Shown: piece after piece, positions 59,415 to 64,000 of the stretch
Layout of the letters: every line of letters starts with the position of its first letter
Position numbering within the stretch: the first letter of the stretch is position 1
Sequence record: OQ076693
Direction: 5' to 3' (one strand)
Length of the DNA stretch: 64,000 bases
DNA from: Escherichia phage PNJ-6
Made by a program: the position numbers and the translations under genes
Notes under the pieces: generated by a model
Told to the model about the DNA's origin: nothing
The model's database searches: none
The model's input: only the letters and a program-made list of their open reading frames with translations

Positions 59415-60050
59415 TCATTGTTCGCCTCGTAACATGGCACCTAGTGCACCGCCAGGGTGGAACTTAAGGAAGTCATTAGAGGTAAATCCACGTTCAGACG
59501 AAAGGTTGATAGCAAACGTATCGATAAGCGCTAACAACAATGTAGTGGACATGGTCGGAGCCAGAGAATTCTCATCAACCTCTACTGCGATGCCTGTACA
59601 GAAAGAGTAATCAAAAAGGGCTTCATTTTCTTGTGGAATGTCTGGGTTACAATGCAACAGAATCTGTTTGACGTTCGGACGAATCATTTTAAGATGCTTA
59701 GCCACACCTATCATTTCTTCAGTTTTACCAGAACGACTAATATGAATCAACACATCATTAGGCGCAATGAATCCTGCATCACCGTGAGAATAATGCCCTG
59801 TGTTCAAGTACATACTCGGGATACCGAGTGAAGCAAATGTCTCAGAAGCTTTAGTTGCAATATTAGCATTCTTACCAACACCTGTAATAATTACTCGGCT
59901 TTCATAATTACTAAGTCCCGGGCGTCGAAGAGTTTCTAGAATAGCATTATAACGAGCAGGGTTTTGACTAATTACTTTGGCCATAGCGGCCAAAGAAGAA
60001 GCTTGTTTTATGATTGCGTCAATAGCGATAGTAATAGGAGTAGTTTTCAT
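59415..60050 (-). CDS. SIS-domain sugar-phosphate isomerase (arabinose-5-phosphate isomerase-like)
   Basis: 211-aa ORF with KdsD/GutQ-type SIS motifs (ITGVGKNANIATK; HISRSGKTEE; LAPTMSTT; HPGGALG); no CBS domains. Confidence 0.75.
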   Translation of the reverse strand: MKTTPITIAIDAIIKQASSLAAMAKVISQNPARYNAILETLRRPGLSNYESRVIITGVGKNANIATKASETFASLGIPSMYLNTGHYSHGDAGFIAPNDVLIHISRSGKTEEMIGVAKHLKMIRPNVKQILLHCNPDIPQENEALFDYSFCTGIAVEVDENSLAPTMSTTLLLALIDTFAINLSSERGFTSNDFLKFHPGGALGAMLRGEQ

Positions 60051-60090
60051 ATTTCTCTCATTTAATTAGTTTACCGTCCATGACATTATA

Positions 60091-62802
60091 TCAAAAATCG
60101 AACATATCGAACAGAGATGCTTTCTTCTCGTAATCGAGTTTCGCTGCTGATGTGAATCCTTCAAGTGGTTTAATAAATGTCTTCTCAAGGAGAACAGTGT
60201 AGTCCATCCAATGAAGTACGTCGTCTTTAATTAAATCTGTGATTTCAGTACCAGAAGGCCATGCGATACATTTATCACCGAATGGGTTTCCTTCACGTAA
60301 AGGCAGAACATATACTTTTTCACCTTCTACAACTTGCGGTGCATCGATATTACCTTTGATAGCCCGGTTATACGTCAGAATTCCACGAATATGGAACGGG
60401 CATTTGGGACCAGGGAATCCACCTACATCATATTTAGCAATGTTATTCGCAGAAGATACCGACGCGATGCTAATATAATTCAATTGACGGAATTCTTTTT
60501 CAAACTCTTTAAAATATTCTTGTAATGATTCTTCACCTTCTTGAAGCATACGACGAATACATTCTTTAAGAGCTTTCTGTACTGCTTTAGGGGTCGAAGA
60601 TTTCTGAGTCTCTAGACCCATGATTTTGAGTTTAGGCTCGGCGTAACGAGTACCTTCCATATCCCACACGTTTAATGCATAACGTTTCTTACCAGTCCAG
60701 AATCCACCAATACCTTTAGAACCAAGCGGAGGACCAGCGATAGCTTCTCGGTCCATGAACATTAAGTGTTGTTTATTGTTCATGTATTCACACATTTCAC
60801 GGAAACCTCTATCAATAGCTGGTTCCATACGTTCACGTGCAAACTTATCTAAGAAGTCTACCCAATGGTTGGTATCACGGAATTTAGATTCACCAACCTT
60901 ATCGATAATTTTATCAGCAGATACGTAAATAGAGTCTGTATCACCATAAAGAACGAAAGCTTCACCTTCTGTACCACAAACTTCATTCAGATATTCATTA
61001 ACTTTACGTTCAATCCACTGTAAAGCCATTTGACCAAATGTTGTGATTGCAGTAGCATTACGCAAATCATAATAACGGAACCAAACGTTGCCAAGCGCAC
61101 CATAAAGTGAGTTGATAAGCAATTTACGGTTAATTTGGGCAGTCATACCTGCAACTTCAGTACGTTGAGCTCTAAACAACATTTCATTAAGAGATTTAGC
61201 AGACAACTTTTTAATCTTTTCTTTAATCTCATCACTGAAGTCGAAACGATAATCAACATCTAATGGTTCATCAACAGAAAGATTAGGATTATGCAATGCC
61301 TCTTTAATTATTTCACCGTTACGTTGAGCTGCAAGCATGTAACCTTTATGTTCTTTACGTTGATTAAAGACTTTAGTGATTTCAGTTGGAACAACACCGT
61401 CACGGTCTTTATAATACATCATGCCGTTAGGAGAACAACTGTACACATCAGAAGGACGTTCAGCAACAGCGTTAATATAATCATGCAATGGAGCTACTTT
61501 AAACGTTCCTGCTATTGTTTCTGGGCTAATATTCACTTGGCGAATAATACTTGGATACAGAGATGTAAGGTCGAAACTCATTACATATTTGTATCGATTT
61601 GGAATAGGTTCCTTAACAAAAGCGCCGGGATAAGGTTGAACCGGATGAGAACGACCTTGTGGAATCACCTTGTTCTGCTCTTTAAGGCTATTAAAAATAA
61701 TAGCATCCCATGTTTTAATTGGGCTAAACACAGATTGAATCTGTATCTTAGCATAATAACCCATGTCTAAACTCAAGTTGATGAACTGACGTTTAGCATC
61801 AATTTGCAATACCCGATACACGTCGATAATGTTATAAGAAATATATCGTTGGTGATTGCTTTCACGAAGCTTAGAAATAGGGCCGTCATATTTCAGTTTA
61901 CCAACGTTCAATTCAAATTCTGAAATGTAATCCAGAGAATATGATGGTTGATTGGTAAAAGAGAATTTTTTGTAAAGGTCAATGTAATCAAGAACAGAGA
62001 TACCGAACAATGTAATGATTTCACGAGAACCATACATGTTTTCGATAACTTTAACACGAGTTTTACGATGTGGTGATAAACGTTTCGCAGTAGATTCGCC
62101 AAAAATATTCTTGATTCGGTTATACACATATGGAATATCAAATGACTCAACGTTCCATCCAGTCAAAATGACAGGAGTTTTCTGTTGCCAGAAGTTGAGA
62201 TATTCCATCAACAATTCTTTTTCGTTATCGAACGGCATATAAATGATTTTATCGATAATTTCGGATGGAACTTCATCACCACCTTGTTCTTGAAGCTTAG
62301 CCGCAATTTCGATAGACCATTCTTCCACATTACCATATGGAGAATTCAATAGATCAAATACGTAGAACCTGTCGTCAATTGAGTCATAATGGGTGATAGC
62401 ATCAATCGGATGTTTTGCTTGTGACGGCTCAGGGAACCCGTCCGGAGATGTTACTTCGATGTCGAAGTTAGCCACACGAATTTTTGTATGGTCGTATTTG
62501 ATTTCATAGTTATAAGTGTCAGACAAATACGCCAATTTGAAATCGTCCATGCCAAGTGCTTCAAGACCGATATCTTCCATGCGTTTAATCCATTGTGAGG
62601 CATCACGCATATTGGCGAACAACTTACGAGTACACGGCTTACCGTAGATATCGAAATATTTCGTAGCCTGACTTTCTGGGCAATGAGCAAACAGTGATGG
62701 TTTATATTCTACTTCACGAGTACGTTCACGGCCGTTAGAATCGATGTAACGTTCAAAAATTGAATCACCAATCTGTTCAACCGTTAAGTAAAATTCTTTC
62801 AT
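60091..62802 (-). CDS. 43: DNA polymerase gp43 (family B)
   Basis: 903-aa ORF; exo motifs (NFDIEVTSP; YNIIDVYRV), polymerase motif A (SFDLTSLYPSII), motif C (LYGDTDSIYV); from memory the N-terminus looks like RB69 gp43. Confidence 0.95.
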   Translation of the reverse strand: MKEFYLTVEQIGDSIFERYIDSNGRERTREVEYKPSLFAHCPESQATKYFDIYGKPCTRKLFANMRDASQWIKRMEDIGLEALGMDDFKLAYLSDTYNYEIKYDHTKIRVANFDIEVTSPDGFPEPSQAKHPIDAITHYDSIDDRFYVFDLLNSPYGNVEEWSIEIAAKLQEQGGDEVPSEIIDKIIYMPFDNEKELLMEYLNFWQQKTPVILTGWNVESFDIPYVYNRIKNIFGESTAKRLSPHRKTRVKVIENMYGSREIITLFGISVLDYIDLYKKFSFTNQPSYSLDYISEFELNVGKLKYDGPISKLRESNHQRYISYNIIDVYRVLQIDAKRQFINLSLDMGYYAKIQIQSVFSPIKTWDAIIFNSLKEQNKVIPQGRSHPVQPYPGAFVKEPIPNRYKYVMSFDLTSLYPSIIRQVNISPETIAGTFKVAPLHDYINAVAERPSDVYSCSPNGMMYYKDRDGVVPTEITKVFNQRKEHKGYMLAAQRNGEIIKEALHNPNLSVDEPLDVDYRFDFSDEIKEKIKKLSAKSLNEMLFRAQRTEVAGMTAQINRKLLINSLYGALGNVWFRYYDLRNATAITTFGQMALQWIERKVNEYLNEVCGTEGEAFVLYGDTDSIYVSADKIIDKVGESKFRDTNHWVDFLDKFARERMEPAIDRGFREMCEYMNNKQHLMFMDREAIAGPPLGSKGIGGFWTGKKRYALNVWDMEGTRYAEPKLKIMGLETQKSSTPKAVQKALKECIRRMLQEGEESLQEYFKEFEKEFRQLNYISIASVSSANNIAKYDVGGFPGPKCPFHIRGILTYNRAIKGNIDAPQVVEGEKVYVLPLREGNPFGDKCIAWPSGTEITDLIKDDVLHWMDYTVLLEKTFIKPLEGFTSAAKLDYEKKASLFDMFDF

Positions 62803-62861
62803 TTAATTTCCTTTAGACGAGTTATTGTCTTTTGTTTGTTGATGAACTTATTATACTCCAA

Positions 62862-62879
62862 ATGGGACCGAAGTCCCAT
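62862..62879 (-). terminator. hairpin downstream of regA
   Basis: ATGGGAC-CGAA-GTCCCAT immediately after the regA stop. Confidence 0.45.
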
Positions 62880-62883
62880 TGCT

Positions 62884-63252
62884 TTAATTACCAATTGTAT
62901 ATTTTGCTTTCAAAGTCCAGTCATCTTTCTGTTTAAAAGAGATAACACGGAAGTTATTAGTCAGGCCAAACAGATCTTCACGAGCAGAGTCTTCAATAAC
63001 AATCAATCCCCAGTCTTCAAGCAACTGAGCAATCGAATCACGACGCTGATAGTCTTCACCATCAATATCAACCTGACGTCCGTCCATACGCAACATTTCT
63101 TTAAAGTGGACGATGTAATATTTACCCTGCTTTTGGAGGATATGACAAGACTGGTAAAGGACTTTATCCTTGTTATTAGCGATGCCCATACGGGTCAAAG
63201 TCTCTTTGACTTTCAGAAAATCTTCAGGGTTCTTCAATTTAATTTCAATCAT
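62884..63252 (-). CDS. regA: translational repressor RegA
   Basis: ORF 62884..63261 trimmed to MIEIKLKNPEDFLKVKETLTRMGIANNKDKVLYQSCHIL...; T4 RegA-like, about 122 aa. Confidence 0.85.
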   Translation of the reverse strand: MIEIKLKNPEDFLKVKETLTRMGIANNKDKVLYQSCHILQKQGKYYIVHFKEMLRMDGRQVDIDGEDYQRRDSIAQLLEDWGLIVIEDSAREDLFGLTNNFRVISFKQKDDWTLKAKYTIGN

Positions 63253-63254
63253 TT

Positions 63255-63818
63255 TTACCATTCCAATGCTAATTTTTTAAATTGTTTTTGTTCTTTCACA
63301 TTTTTTGTAACTTCTTTGAGAAACTCATCAGTGACCATGGCCTTCAGTTCTTTAAGGACTATTGGCAACTTGTTATTTTTTTCAAGGAGCCGCTTATACT
63401 CAGTAGCGTCATTCATGTTGATTGTGTAATGTTTCATCAACAGTTTGATAACTAGTAACTCTGAAGTGTCTTCGACTAGTTTAGCCCATTTAGAGAATCG
63501 ACGACCACGCGGAATTGCCGCCATCATATAGTTGAAGTGCGCTTCATCACTTAATTCAGAACCGACTAAGTTCATCATGTAAACAGCTGGCATACATTCT
63601 GGGAACTGGGATAATGAGTTCTCAACCATAAATTTTGAGTAGTCGACCTGAGCAATTGACATAGATTTCTTTTCATTAATAGCATTAATGATTTTAAAGA
63701 ATTCATTCTCAGGTTTTTCTTTAAACATATCAGCACATTTTTGAATCGCATCAGCGTCATTAGACTTCCATGCAATTTGGTGCTCGTTAAGCCGGACGTC
63801 ATCATCGAATAAGTTCAT
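63255..63818 (-). CDS. 62: clamp loader small subunit gp62
   Basis: 187-aa ORF; start overlaps the upstream stop (TAATATG); T4 gp62-like sequence. Confidence 0.88.
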   Translation of the reverse strand: MNLFDDDVRLNEHQIAWKSNDADAIQKCADMFKEKPENEFFKIINAINEKKSMSIAQVDYSKFMVENSLSQFPECMPAVYMMNLVGSELSDEAHFNYMMAAIPRGRRFSKWAKLVEDTSELLVIKLLMKHYTINMNDATEYKRLLEKNNKLPIVLKELKAMVTDEFLKEVTKNVKEQKQFKKLALEW

Positions 63819-63822
63819 ATTA

Positions 63823-64000
63823 TTTCCAAGTCAGTTCGCAGGTCAGTTGAAGAAGCATATACATAACATGTAATTCAATATTACTTGCTAATCCATGAAA
63901 CTTATTGTTTTCGCCTGCAATTTCATAAAGCGAAATAATACTTTTACCAGGTGCAACTTGGTCATAACATTCTGAAACTAATTTATCGATGAACCATGAA
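63823..64000 (-). CDS. 44: clamp loader large subunit gp44, C-terminal fragment (gene continues beyond window end)
   Basis: In-frame minus-strand ORF from the window edge ending ...LTCELTWK with TAA at 63820-63822; called by synteny with 62. Confidence 0.55.

Noticed and set aside
55944-60050. Alternative reading of the sugar cassette as a Kdo (KdsD-KdsA-KdsC-KdsB) pathway
   Set aside because: No KdsA-like synthase motif was recognised, and the nucleotidyltransferase is fused to an APH-type kinase that a Kdo pathway does not need; kept only as a less likely alternative until profile searches are run.
61291-61770. Plus-strand ORF (159 aa) inside gene 43
   Set aside because: Antisense to the DNA polymerase gene, which has strong motif support.
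62836-63429. Plus-strand ORF (197 aa) spanning regA and gene 62
   Set aside because: Antisense to two conserved, overlap-coupled genes; no start signals.

Overview
This window is a T4-like (T-even) phage genome segment, collinear with the T4 early/replication region from rnlA (gene 63) through gene 43 and the start of the clamp loader, with the late tail-fibre block 34-38 and holin t on the opposite strand. The gene 43 product carries family B polymerase motifs and, from memory, looks like phage RB69 DNA polymerase, so this is probably RB69 or a close relative. Every call rests on reading the supplied translations, motifs and synteny; no database search was run. Recognisable genes include rnlA, denA, nrdB and td (both intron-free), nrdA, frd, 32, 59, 33, dsbA, rnh, 34-38, t, asiA, motA, 52, ndd, rIIB, rIIA, a single-ORF 39, dexA, dda, soc, 56, 61, sp, 41, uvsX, 42, 43, regA and 62. 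Regulatory elements are stereotyped: minus-strand early promoters with a GTTTAC -35 element, TATAAATA late promoters, and GC-rich hairpins with CGAA/UUCG loops at gene boundaries. The most interesting feature is a four-gene sugar-nucleotide cassette between genes 42 and 43 (sugar-phosphate isomerase, HAD phosphatase, fused sugar kinase/nucleotidyltransferase, Cys-rich protein of unknown function). Together with a GT-B glycosyltransferase between rIIA and 39 and a replaced beta-gt locus, it looks like a phage-encoded pathway for a non-glucose DNA sugar modification (arabinosyl-hmC type). Other points of interest are a frameshifted HNH-like nuclease remnant, three tandem paralogs, a superinfection-exclusion cluster and tandem repeats in the gp37 tip.
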